Below are positions 1-12,329 of a stretch of 62,268 bases of DNA, one piece after another. The notes beneath the pieces were generated by a model. It ran no database searches. It saw nothing but the letters and a program-made list of their open reading frames with translations, and was not told the DNA's origin. Position 1 is the first letter of the stretch; each line of letters starts with the position of its first letter. A program made the position numbers and the translations under genes. Source of the DNA: Psammoneis japonica (lineage: Eukaryota). Location of the stretch: the NCBI GenBank assembly GCA_008632985.1, contig QPGO01000312.1:1-62268 (forward strand), written 5' to 3'.

Positions 1-3000
1 CAAGGGGACGCTTCTACTCCGACCAGATGTTTTTGAAGGTTAAATGGACACACGGTGAGATGGGAGGAAGTGTTTTTACCAATGGAAGAGGGTGTGACAG
101 GTTCCATCCTTGGAAGAGGAAGCAGGACCACCCAGATGCCGTCATGTCGTTCACACATGATGTTGGCATACCTCAAATCCTTGTGTTGGATGGCACACCA
201 AAAATGGCGGAAGGCCAGACCAAGGACATTTGTAAGGAGGATGGGATGCATCAGGAAGTGTCCACCCCATGCAGCCCCTGGCAGAACCCAGCCGAGGCAT
301 CCATTCGTGAGCTGAAGAAGAGGGTCCGTGTGACCCCATGCTGGACTGGCGCTCACAGGCGACTTTGGTCCCATGATGCCAAATGGACATGTGCGACATC
401 TGACGCATGATTGCAACTGGCACATCGGACATGGGAGGACAAGTTCCAGAGGAGGAGGTGACAGGCTTGACACTTGATGTCTCATCTCTCTCTCTCTCTC
501 TTTTTGATTGGTGTCAACCTGTCTGCTGTCACATGCCCATGGTGGAGATCCCACATGAAAAGAAGTGCATTGGCCATTGGCTCGGAGCAGCCAATGGCTG
601 CACAGATGACATGGCATTTATTGTCCGGCCCGAATCAGGCAGACCCATCATTCGGAAGGATGTGTGGGCTGTGCCGGAGGATGATCTTAAAACTCTGGCG
701 ATCCAGACAGATCTTGCATCAGTCGATCACATGGAACCCAATGCTTCCAAACCAGAGGCTGATGAGTGCACCCCAGAGGGGCTTGACAAACACCTCACAG
801 CTCAAGTCATGTTGCCACGTGGAGGTGAACTAACCCATGCTAGGGTCATTGCACGCAAACGGGACAGTGACAGGGTTCCTGTTGGCACTGGGAACAATGA
901 CCCCATCCTGGACTCCAGAACATGTGATGTGGAATTCCCTGATGGATCCATGGACTCCTACACTGCTGATGTAATTGCAGAGAATCTATTCACTCACATA
1001 GACTCTGAAGGCAATGCCTGCCAAATCATGAAGGAGACAGTCAATCACCGAAGTGATGCTTGTGCCATAAAGGCTGATGATGGGCACATGACAACTAAGA
1101 CTGGTGGGCGTGCTCCTGGGATGACGACCACAGGCTGGGACCCACAAGTTGAATGGAAGGATGGGTGTACATCCTGGGTTCCTCTCAAGGATTTGAAGGA
1201 ATCCAACCCAGTCAAGGTTGCTGAGTATGCTGCAGCAAACAAAGTGGCCAGTGAACCAGCTTTTAACTGGTGGATCCGAGACGTCTTGTGTTGCAGGTCG
1301 AGGATCCTGAAGAAAGTCAAGTCGAGTTACTGGAAATGCACACATGAGCTCGGAATTGAACTCCCAAAATCTGTTAAGGAAGCCATGGAAATGGACAACA
1401 GAACGGGGACTGACTTCTGGTTCAAGGCTGTTGAGAAGGAAATGCGTAACATCATGCCTGCGTTCGAATTTCGCGATGACGACACTGTGCCGGTTGGGTG
1501 CGAACACATTGATTGTCATGTGATCTTTGACATCAAAAGCACCCTCCAATGTAAGGCGAGGTTCATGGCCAGAGGCCATCAGACCAATCCACCCAAGGAA
1601 TTGACTTGTTCCAGCATGGTTTTGTGTGACAGCATTAGGATGGCATTCACTGTGGCAGCTCTCAATGACCTGGAGGTCCTGAGTGCCGATGTTCAGAATG
1701 CCCACCTGAATGCACACACTGAGGAAAAGTGTTGTGCTGCTGCTGGCCTGGAATTTGGGAAGCACAACAAAGGAAGGCCAGTGTTTATTGTCCGAGCCTT
1801 GTGTTGTCTCAAATCTTCAGGTGCAAGGTTTGGGGAACACATGGCAGCTGCCTTGCGTGACGCTGGGTTCGAGTCTTGTAAGACTGACCCAGACGTTTGG
1901 ATGCAAGCTGCGGTTAAGCTGGATGGCTTCAAGTGCTGGGAGCATGCACTTGTCTACGTGGACAACTTGTTGAGCATCTCACATGAACCTCAGAAAGCCA
2001 TGGATTACATGAGCTCTGGGCACACACTCAAAGATGGAAGTGTCTGCGAGCCGGAAGAGCACTCGGGCGTCCAGATCAGAAAGCACCAGTTGTCTGACTT
2101 GGACAGTAAGACACACTGGGCTATGTCCTCTGACCTGTGTGTCAAAAAAGCATTAGCTGATGTTGAGTTGGAGCTTAAGAAAACTGACAGGCACCTTCCG
2201 ACAAAGGCATCGACGCCCTTGAGCTCGGGATGCAGGCCTGAACTGGACATAGTTCACCTGAGTTGAATGCCAAAACGGCCAGCTGCTGCCAAGGCCTTGT
2301 CGGTGTGCTCCGGTGGGCAGTTGAACTGGGGCGGGTGGACATTTTTGTTGCTGTCTCGCTCATGTCCTCCTGCTTGGTGGCACCAAGAGTTGGACACCTG
2401 GACGAGGTGCTCCATGTCTTCGCGCACTTGAAGGCTCATCCTAAGTCTGCTCTGGTGTTCGATGACACTGAGCCTGTCTTTGATGAGAGCCAATTTGCCA
2501 AGTGGGATTGGGAAGAATGCTGCCCTGGCATGGCTGAGCCGATGCCGCCAAACATGCCAGAGGCACGCGGGAATGGCGTGACTGCTGCTTGCTTTGTTGA
2601 CGCCGATCACGCCGGATGCTGTGTGATGTGCAGATCCCACACTGGGATCTTAATGTTCATCCAACAAGCACCCATCTTGTGCTGCTCTAAATGGCAGAAT
2701 GCCGTGGAGTCCTCTACTTTTGGGTCTGAGTTATTGGCAATGAAGACTGCAGTGGAGCAGATTGAGGCTTTGCATCACAAGCTTCGGAGGCTCGGAATCC
2801 CCATGGATGGGGCCACCAATGTCTTCTGCAACAATGAAGCTGTCTTCAAGAACTCCACTAAGCCCAAGTCTATGTTGAAGAAGAAGCACAATGCAATTGC
2901 CTGTCACAGAACTCGTGAGGCACAAGCCGCTGGAATGGTGCGCATTGCTTGGGAAGACAGACACACAAATCTAGTGGATGCACTAACCAAGTTGTTGCTT

Positions 3001-3377
3001 GGACCAAAGCTCCGGGAGATCACAAGTCACATCTTATGGTGAGTCCCAAAAGGGAACAAACCACACGGGTTTGCCATGCAGGTGCGGTTTTTCCCACCCC
3101 CAAAATGAAAATGCCACCCTGGAACAGGGCAGCATCAGGTTGCATTTGTCTGTCAATCTGGCCCAAGCAGAGCTAGTGTCAGTTCGAGGGGACTGAACAA
3201 ATGCTGACACACTGTCACGAACACAGGCAGTTTATGTGCTGTTGGCGATTGGTCCACTGTTGCTTGTTCAGTGGTCCCAGTGGTGTAACATCTCACAATT
3301 CTAGAACCTGTTGATGCTGTTCAACACTCTGTCTTGCATTGTGCCGAATTCTCAGCTGTCATGGGAGCATTTGTTCA
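1..3377 (+). mobile_element. Degenerate Ty1/Copia (CoDi-like) LTR retrotransposon, family A: integrase-RT-RNase H plus 3' LTR; 5' part lies outside the window
   Basis: Frameshifted ORFs 27-410 (integrase, PWQNPAE), 407-2266 (RT: ADVQNAHLNA, RALCCLKSSG, LVYVDN), 2263-3042 (RNase H: FVDADHAG, ESSTFGSE, NLVDALTK). PPT GAGGGGAC just before 3194. Confidence 0.93.
3194..3377 (+). repeat. 3' LTR of Copia family A (184 bp)
   Basis: Follows the PPT. Perfect 12-bp inverted termini TGAACAAATGCT (3194-3205) / AGCATTTGTTCA (3366-3377). Confidence 0.85.
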
Positions 3378-3393
3378 GATTTCTACTCTGAGC

Positions 3394-4017
3394 AGTTGAG
3401 GAATGAAGCCATGTGAATGAGCATTAAGTTCTACGTACGCGCATGAAGAGTAGAAAAAAACAGGGTTTACATGTCAGAAAGTGTGCTTTGGTGTTAAGTG
3501 GGAGGAAACCACGAAAGTGGCACCAGCTCCTACGGCATCACTGGTTTTGACCATGCTGATTTCTACTCTGAGTGGTTGTGAGCCTGTACCTTCCTTGCGG
3601 CCTTGGGTTCGAATTGCCCCCAATGCCTTCTGTCTGCTTCATGGCCAAAACTGGCGTGTGAGAACCACGTGCATGCCACGTTCACACAGGCAGACAGACA
3701 ACCCCAATGACCCGAACTCGATGGCAGCATTGCCCCCAATGTCTCCCCGGCCAACAGCCAACCCGGGTGTCCCCTCATTCACGTGATAATGAGGTCCGCC
3801 GCATGATTGAAATAATCACCATCGAGAGGGAGAGTTGAGGAATGAAGCTGCATGGATGATCGTTAAGTTCTATGTGTGTGCATGAAGAGTGAAAAAAAAC
3901 AGTGTTTGTGTGTCAGAAAGTGTGCTTTGGTGTTAAGTGGGAGGAAACCGCGAAAGCGGCACCAGCTCCCATGGCACCACTGGTTTTGACCATGCAGTGC
4001 TGATTTCTACTCTGAGT
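3394..4017 (+). mobile_element. TRIM-like miniature LTR element: ~180-bp direct repeats 3394-3573 and 3833-4017, ~260-bp internal part
   Basis: Direct repeats. GGTTGTGAGCC (3574-3584) is one change from the half-tRNA-Met PBS GGTTATGAGCC. PPT GAGAGGGAG at 3824-3832. Third repeat copy at 42224-42403. Confidence 0.6.
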
Positions 4018-5503
4018 GTTGCTGGAGTGCACAAGGTTGCAGCATGCATCAGCTGACAGGAGATGAGTGATGGAGGGGAAGGATCATTTGTGGAAGAGGG
4101 TGCTTTGTGTTTGCTTGTTGGCGAGGTGGGTGGTGAGATGGTGAAGGTCTGTGGCAAAAGAGGCAGCTTTGTTGTGTGGGAAGTTCATGGCAAAGGCGAA
4201 TGAGCCAATGGGTTGGCCGAGGAAGCAGATGCCGGTGGTGATTTTGGGCTTGATGTGTGAGTCATTGTTAGGATTAAGGAAGGTGATGGCTTCGGAGAGA
4301 GCATCGACATCGGCGGGTGGGATGCAGTTGATGGGAGAGGTGCCGGTGGTGGATGTGAGAATTTGTGTTTTGGAGGTGTTGAGGTTGATGCCAAATTGGG
4401 GGCGACAGGCAGAAGGTTGCTTGAGAAACCAAGAGAGCTGGGAAAAGGAGGGGGGGATGTGGGCATCATCAATCTATGATGAAGCAGCAGAATTGGATCG
4501 GGGAGGAAGCCGGTGATGCAACTCATCATTGATGGGGGTGAATGCATGGGTGAGGACCAGGCAGGAGAAGGCATGGCTGAGGGGACAGCCTTGGGCAAAT
4601 CCTTCAGGCTGAGAAAAGGAAGACCATTGCAGTTGATGGTCTTGACACCAGCAAGTGTTGGGGTCTTGGTAAAGTGGGTCAAAAAAGGCACGATGGCACG
4701 GTGTGTTTGTCAGAGGTTGTAAGGGTGTCACGGCAAGCATCCCGAGAGCATTCATTGAAGCAATTGGAAAGGTCAAGAAGGAGGAGAGCTTTTGTGGGTG
4801 TGGAGTCTAGCTGAAAGAAACATTTGATGTTGGTGCAAGTGGTGTCCACAAGGTGGTTGAGGCCGCCTTTGACACTGCCGACTCTGAATTGGCCAGAGAG
4901 AAGGAGGTTGGTGGCAAAGGTGGCAGCAAGGAGATGCATGACAAGGGGGTGCAGGAAATTCTCCACAGGGCTGTGCCAACACCAATTGGTCAAAGTTTGA
5001 AAAGGTTGGATGAATCCTTGTGTGGGGCAAGGAAACCATTGCATGAAAAAGCAGGTTTGATGGATGTAGGAATGTCTGCTGTGAGGATGAGGTCGAGCAG
5101 GCATTTGAAAGTGAGCAGGTGGGGGTGTGAGGAGGATGTTGGTGCAGAGCTGTGGTGAAGAGCACAGGCCTTGAAAAGGTCAGTGGACTCATCGAAGGCT
5201 CTGCACGCTTTGCCTGGTTGACATTTGGACAATGCTTTTTGAAGGTTGCCGGTGGTGAAATGCAGGGGGGGAAGCAGATTGGTGGTGTCGGGTGGATGGT
5301 GCAGTGGACAAGCAGGTGTTTGCATGGCAGGCAGAGCTGTTTGACAAGCTCCATGCTTTTGGGAGTGAGAGATGCAACAGGAAGGGAGGAGGTGACCCGG
5401 GCGTAAGCGGTGTGAAGGTTGTTGACATTTGCAGCGATTTGAGCAGAATGGACATAGGATGAGTGGTCAAAGTCAGGAGGTTCATCAGACATGCATGGCA
5501 TGG
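4018..5503 (-). pseudogene. CRE-like (RLE-class) non-LTR retrotransposon RT fragment
   Basis: Frameshifted minus-strand peptides GQFRVGSVKGG, ALLLLDLSNCFNECSR, EGFAQGCPLS and downstream xIDD match non-LTR RT motifs. Confidence 0.8.
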
Positions 5504-6704
5504 TGAAAAGAAATTGAAGATGACTGGTTGGAAGAAAACAACAACTCCTTGCTGCTGTCTAAATGGCAGATGAGTCTCCATGCAGAGACTGTTACAGGAG
5601 CCAAAAGACTGGTGTTGTTGACATCGGTGCTGCTGTCATTGTTCTTGTGAGCCATGTGGCTCGAAAGCAAACTGCATCATGTGTGGCGCGTGGAACTAAG
5701 AGCACACATAATTGTGTGTGACAAACTAGAATCTTGTTCAAATCCTGTCCTTCCCCAGTTTGCTTGAGGGGTCAACAGCAATAGATTTGAGGTCAGATTG
5801 GTTGAAAGCCTTGGGATCAAAGTTCCAAAACATTAGAGGACAAAGGAGGTTCCATACCTGGGAGTGACCCCAGTGCTTGCTGAGGATGTCAGCTGGGTTG
5901 TGGGAACCTTCGATGAAATGAAACTCAAGGAAACCACAGGCAATTGCCTCCCGCACACGATGGAACAAGAGGGCGGCATGTTGCTTGTGTAACTTGGAGT
6001 GCGGGATGCTGGCACTGTCCACAACCAACTTGTTGTCCCCGAACATGTAACATGTTTCACGAATGGGGCTGCCAAGGTAATGTAAAGTGATGTGCAGATC
6101 AATGATCTGCTCAATGCATGTCCTTGCGGCAACAAACTCAGATCCATGCGTGGCAGGCTTGACTGTTGCTTGTTTTCTTGGAGAACCAATCAGCCGGAAA
6201 CTCATTGAGGAAATGAAGGATGCCGGTGACAGAGCATCCGGTGAGCATGCAATGGAACAAGTTTGCATCAACATAGTGTGTCGTGGTGACAAACTTGCCA
6301 AGTGGCTCAGGTGCATCTTGCAGGAGCAGCTCTTCTACCTCCCCATACACAGATTGGGCCCCCAGTCATTCACGAGCTTGGGAAGGTCCGAATAGTCGGG
6401 CTCCTCAGTGCGGACTCAGAGGGCACCATGGCGCATCTTGGAGAGGAAACCGCAGATACGTTTGGCATGGTCTAGGTGGCCTTGACGGGGTGCTGCATGG
6501 AAGCTGGACAGGGACATGACAGCCACAGTGATGTCAATGTGACCAAGGGATGCAGCCCATTGCAGAGAGCCAATCAAGGACTGGAATTGGTGGATGCCAT
6601 CCGGTGGGAGTGGTTTGGAGGTGTCAAGCTCAGGGTGGTCTCCCTTGTCAAGAGGTGAAAGCACATCAGTTTGAGGCTTGCTTCTCCCCAAAGAGACGTG
6701 CACA

Positions 6705-7742
6705 AAACAAAACCCAACATCTACATTTAAGGTGCCATTGCGCTTCCACCCAGCAACTCTGGCAACAAGCTAACCCACCCCCCTGGTGCACATATATGCG
6801 GCAGGGGCATGTAGCGATCAGCCTGGACCGGCATCACAGTCAGGTGATGCCGCACCAGTCAGGTGATGCCGCACCGAAACAACTAGCGATTGTGTGAGTG
6901 CCCCTCACTGCTGTCCTCTTTGCCTCCTTAATGCTGGATTTGAAGATGGTTCTTGCCATTTCCAACCAATTTTGTAGTCTATGAGTTGAATGAGTTAGGT
7001 GTTCATCCACCAAGTCACATAATGCGGACCTGTCCTTTGCCAGGTAGTCATTCGATCTGGAATGTATGGCCTTGACTTCCGCCTCTGCATCTCTCCTTTG
7101 AGCCGATTTCCTCATTTCTGCATCATGACCATGCACTGGGTCGTTATGGTGATCCCACAGATCCCACCATTGAGACCAGATGAAACTTCCTATAGTGGCC
7201 AACCAATCCAATCTCTGGATATTCTCTTCAGCGTCGGGAGGAAGGTCTATGCCACCGAGATGCGCACAGTGCGCTTCGTTCCATTGAACGGCAAATCTGC
7301 CATTGAACAGCTGCCTCCATCCAATCTGGTCTTGAGAATAAAACACCACTATAACACTGTGGTGCAGGTCCTCCGGATACACAATCGTGTCGCGAAACCA
7401 AGCTTTGAGGGCTTCCAAGAGAAGATCACGAATGGGGGGGGGGTGCATGAATGTCACCGCATTTCTTGCGTAGGCCTTGTAGGAAGGTACGGCGCCATGT
7501 CTCGTTGTGGGGACATTTTAAGATATGATCCCTGTCCTCCATTGAATGGGAGCAATGCATGCAAGCGTCTGGACGATTGGGGTTGCACCGATGTGCTATC
7601 TTGTTTGTGGGTAACAAGTCTTGGACCAACTTGATGGTGCTGACTTTATGCCTGATGTTCCTTGACATGAGTTTAGAATGAGACGACCAATCTATGGACT
7701 GAAGCACTTCATCTGTTCAAGAGCATTTCTCCTTCATATGTT
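6705..7742 (-). mobile_element. 5'-truncated Ambal-like LINE (ORF2 C-terminus plus 3' UTR)
   Basis: C-terminal zinc knuckle CMHC..EDRDHILKC, IGWRQLFNGR, WDLWDHHNDPVHG. GTTTT-type tail. 15-bp TSD AAAGAGACGTGCACA at 6690-6704 and 7743-7757. Confidence 0.85.
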
Positions 7743-10140
7743 AAAGAGACGTGCACAGTTGTCAACCATGGGCTCGATGTGCTTGCAAGGAGCAAGGCAC
7801 AGGGTGCCGTCTGGATCACGGGTGAAGTCGCAACCAAGATGGAACTCCAGTGGTCCAGTGCCCTTGAGCTTGAACTTGCACTTCTCCATGAGAGTGTCTC
7901 TACAAAAGCCTGGGGATTCTTCATGGCAAAGGCCAGCAGGTCATCCACATACACTGCCACACACTTGCAGTGGTGCGAGTGGTCACCATTCCCACACAGC
8001 CAGATGTTGGGTTCAGCTTTGCACGGGAAGAAACCTTTGGCATGCAAGCAACCGGCAAAGCCTTCATGCCACCTGATGCCGGAGCTGCGGAGTCCGCACA
8101 AGGCCCTGTGGATGACAAGGATGTGTCCTTCTTCTAGCTTGCCAAATTTGGGACCTGCAATGATGTACAGTTTCTCCTTGGTCGCAGCTTTGAGCAAGGC
8201 ATTCCCAATGTTGGTTGCCCAAGTCTCTAGGTCGTTGAGTTCTGCCAGAAAGATCATCATTCGCAGGCCACAAAGAGACACTACTCCGGAGTAAACACTG
8301 TGGACAGGTACGTCTTTGAGGTGTCCATCGGCAACAAGCCCCTTGCTTTGTGCTGTCCATCATGTTTGACATAGACAAGATGCACCCAGATCTTCTTGTG
8401 TCCTGATGGGGTGCTGGAATCCTTGTAATGTCCGCAGTCGTGGAAGACCTCATACTCATCGAGCTGAGTCATCTCGAGGTCCATTGCATCTCCCCACTTG
8501 CAGTTGCAATTGCGCTCATTGAGGGCCAAGGCGTGCTTATAGTCCCAGGGCACTCCAAACAGCAGTGCAAAAGGAGCACAACTTGGCTTGATTGGCCATG
8601 TAGAATAGCTTCTTCTGGCACAGAGCTGCAGTCCGGAAGCATTTCTAGCCCTTGGTCTTGAGCAAACCGTGTTTGCATGCGTAAATGGCACAGGTGATGG
8701 GGTCATCCTTGGCAACAAAGATGGCAAGGGTTTCAGACCCAATCTCCCCATTCTCCCATTCAAGCATGATGTTGTAGCTTGAGCCTTTCCAAGAGGGATC
8801 ATGGGGTCGCAATGGTCCTTCATGCAACACGATATGTCAGAATTTCCAGAGGGTGGTGTCCTCGTCTTCTTGCTCGATGTGGTGCATGATGTCATTGTAG
8901 GCAGGGACTTCCTTGCATTCATTGCTGTTGATGGAGCAAATGAACTTGACCAGTTCAGGGTTGTCTCCAATTTTCCAGTCATGGTCTTCAACGGCTTTGA
9001 CGATGCAGGCTCTGTGGTGTTGTCTGTCCTCTTGTGGCTTCATGAGGAAGGTGCGTCCAATGACGTCCTTGGGGTCAAAGACCGGCATTTTGGGCATCTT
9101 GATTGCCTCCCCATCTGGTGGCTGAATCCGGTGAATCCTCAGAGTTGTGTCGGGATTTGATGACGGGTTCAGCAGATTCCTTGTCAGGAGGATCATGACG
9201 CAGGTTGGGAGCAGACGGATCATGGGCGGAATGTATGTTGGAGCGGTGGAGAATCTTCTGAGTGTTGTCAGAAATAATCTTGAACATCATGTGATGACCC
9301 ACGTGTTCGGCAATGCCAACGAAGCGGCCAAACAACTCACGGGATTTGGACAGCCAGTTGGAATCATCCAGGTGGCAGTGCATGGATTCCCACCATTGAA
9401 AGCAAAGGAGGAGCGGGTTGATGTCGGGGGTAGAGCCAGACAGCACTTTGGTGGGGGTGCACCAGTGGAGCTTGGCAGACGCCATGTGATTGAGCATGAA
9501 GCACACGCACATCAAGGTGGGCAGCCAGGTGTAGGCTGGAGATCTGAAGCGATCCATGATGGTGTTGGCTATGGTCTTCACAGTTTGGCAGTGGCATTCA
9601 GAAAAATTCTGGTGCTGTTGGTGGGGCTCGCTTTGCCAACTGGAGATGAAGAGTGCACACAGGACACCAAGGACCTTGTTGCTGATCTCAACCTGAGCAC
9701 GGTTGCTGATGAGCTTGGATGGGGCACCATGATTGCAGATGTTGTCTTTGAGCGTGTTGATGAATTCCTTGTCAGTTTTGGCTCTGTACACATCCGTGAC
9801 AAGAGATTCCGTGCCGACAAAGAGCTGGGTGCTGGTGCATCTGGAGTCAACGGCAGGGGTGTCAGAGTACAGTGTCTTTTGGGAGAAGCCAAAATAAGGG
9901 CAGAGAGACTCAAAGTCGGGATCCTTGGGATTGATCTCATGCTCATGGCATTTGTAGAAGAAATCGGACGTCGGGAGCAGGTGGTCATCAAGGATGGAGT
10001 CTGCAAGCATGGCATTGTTGATGACATGTTGGTGACGACAGTTTTCGAACTCATCAAATGGGTTGGTGGTGGGGTCATCTTGCAGGTCAGACATGGCATC
10101 ACACCACTTCTCATCGTCGATGAACTGGTGGTCATGGACA

Positions 10141-10465
10141 AAACACACAGTCCAATTTTAAGTGCTGCTGCGCTTCCACCCTGCAACTCCGGCAACAAGC
10201 TAACCCACACTCCCAGCACACTGTGTGCAACAGGAGCATGTATCAATTAGCCAAGATCAGCATCACCCTTGGGTGATGCCATGCCAAAGTAGCTTGCAAT
10301 GGTGCACGTGCCTCTAACTGCTGGACGTCAGGCTTCTCAGACACTCGTCTTGAACATCGGCCTTACCACAGCTAGCCAGTTTTGTATTCTGCGGGTAGAG
10401 TGAGTGAGATGCTCAACAACTGCTGAGTTAAACAACTGAGCTCGGTTGCAGGCTAAGTGCTCATC
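10141..10465 (-). mobile_element. Second 5'-truncated Ambal-like LINE 3' end
   Basis: Homologous to 6705-7000 (AVRGTCTIASYFGMASPKGDADLG*, same 3' UTR and T-rich tail). 5' boundary approximate. Confidence 0.78.
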
Positions 10466-10844
10466 AGCTTGTGTACGCCCTTTTCAGGTGCATGCTGGCG
10501 GGCATGTGGGTGTACTGTGTTGTGCAATCAAAAGTGCGGTAAACAGTGTCATTCGGGAGGAAGCCAAAATGAGGGCGGAGAGACTCATAGTCGGGATCCT
10601 TGGGGGGTTGATCTCGCGCTCATGGCATTTGTAAAAGAAATCAGACATCGGGAGGAGATGGTCATCTAGGACAGAGTCTGCAAGCATGGCGTTGTTGACA
10701 ACATGTCGGTGACAACAGTTGCCAAACTCATCAAAGAGGTTGGCAGTCAGAGATTGTCCTGCAGGTCAGACAGGGAGTCATGTGCCACTTCTCATCGTTG
10801 GTGAACTGGTGGTCAAGGACAGATGGGTCCCATGCATCATCGCC

Positions 10845-11090
10845 AGTGAGAACGAGTGTAGATACGAGGTAGTAGACTTGGCGTGCGTGTAGCAAGGCCA
10901 GAGTCAGACGATTTTATAGTGTGCACGTAAACGCGTGCGGATGGATTGGTCTGTCTGCCAACCAGGGCAGAATCCACTGTAGGGAATCCGGAATCTCGGA
11001 TGTCTGAGAGTTTGGGAATTCCTGACCAAACAAGCATCCGTTGAATAAATATATGCAACGACGGGAGGTGTTGGATAAATCCAAACGTCT
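10845..11090 (-). repeat. Fragment of Copia family B 5' UTR
   Basis: Close match to 35600-35830 (GGATGGATTGGTCTGTCTGCCAACC...GGAATCTCGGATGTCTGA). Confidence 0.75.
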
Positions 11091-11099
11091 GACGACGAT

Positions 11100-12320
11100 C
11101 CGAGACTAGCCCTATCTGCCCTCCCAATCAAATTTGCAGGACTATCCATCCCTCGTCGTCCAACGGAGTCTGCATCCCAAAACTATGAACTAAGTACTCT
11201 CAGCTCTCACGTGATAGACTCACTCTGTGGCCGCTCAGATTTCTCTTCAGCAGTCCACAAGGACACCATACATGAAGTGAAAGAAGAAGTAGCCAATAGG
11301 AAAGCCAAGACGCACAAGGAGACTATCGGTGTACCCATCGATCATAAATGGCACGGAACTCTCTTGCCTAGAATTCCGTGACGCGCTCCATCTACAATAT
11401 GGCAGCACCCCCCCAACCTCCCGGAGTACTGCGATGGATGCGCCTGCAAATTCTCCATTGCCCATGCCCTGCAGTGCAAAAAGGGTGGCCTAGTCATCTC
11501 ACAACACTACGATGTGCGTGATGACCTTGGTGACCTAATTGGAACGGCCTTCAAGCCCTCCTGCATACGCGACAAACCCCTCATTAACCCCATTGGTCAT
11601 ATCTCAGGAAGCCCAGGCTCCCCCAACAACTCCCAAGGCAACACAAACTCCAACATGTCCAAGGATGGCGATCGCGGAGACCTTTTGTCCAAAGGTTTTT
11701 GGGACAAAAGGACAGACACTGTCATGGATGTTCGTATTCCAGACACGGATGCAAAGTCACACCTATCCAAGACACCGGAAGAAGTTCTGGAACAACACAA
11801 ACGAGAGAGAAAGCATAAGCACCTCAAGCCCTGCCTTGAGCAATGCCGCCACTTCACTCCCTTTGTTGTATCATGCGATGGACTGTTTGGAAAGAAAGCC
11901 AAAGCAGTGCTACACAGAATCTCTGCAAAACTAGCTGAGAAATGGCAAAAACCATATTCAGAGGTATGCGGCTATGTTAACACGAGAATGAGTGTCACTT
12001 TGGTACGGGCGACTCACCGTTGCCTCAGGGGATCACGCATCCCTTTGTCCCAGATCAGCTCTAGACGTCCTCAATGGGAGGATGGTCTGGTCTATCCCTT
12101 TACAAGCATTAAGAGACCCTACTTGGGCCAGACCACTCATACGGAAAGATTGCCAACCTACTACTCACAGAGATCACCAACACCACACCGAGAAGACAAC
12201 AAAACCTAGCAACATACCGATTATGGCACCAGAATCGATTCGGATCTCACGCGCACAGCCCGCAAAAACTGCGCGCGACAACCACCCCTCATTCGTATGA
12301 CTGCATTAACTATAATATCC
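11100..12320 (+). pseudogene. 3' end of a CRE-like non-LTR retrotransposon: CCHC finger plus restriction-like endonuclease
   Basis: EFRDALHLQYG, CDGCACKFSIAHALQCKKGG, RGDLLSKGFW..MDVRIPDTDAKS, FTPFVVSCDGLFG, RATHRCLRGSR (ORF 11514-12209). Confidence 0.88.
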
Positions 12321-12329
12321 ATTTTCACA

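Larger units (their letters stand above)
5504..10836 (-). mobile_element. Degenerate Copia family B (3' LTR 5504-5750, RNase H, RT, integrase), interrupted by two LINE insertions
   Basis: ORFs 5738-6316 (HGSEFVAAR, NPADILSKHWG), 7709-8281 (RALCGLRSSG, AVYVDD), 9075-10148 (WQSEPHQQHQN). PPT next to the LTR. Homologous to 46193-53697. Confidence 0.92.

Noticed and set aside
407..3042. Cys/His-rich proteins suggesting metal-binding domains or a different genetic code
   Set aside because: The Cys/His replace Tyr and Arg at TpA and CpG sites, differently in each copy; the WNK gene reads normally in the standard code.
9147..10250. Long antisense ORFs over TE genes (also 34123-35085, 55465-56253, 986-1765)
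   Set aside because: Shadow frames. Loss of TpA removes TAA/TAG stops and lengthens spurious ORFs.
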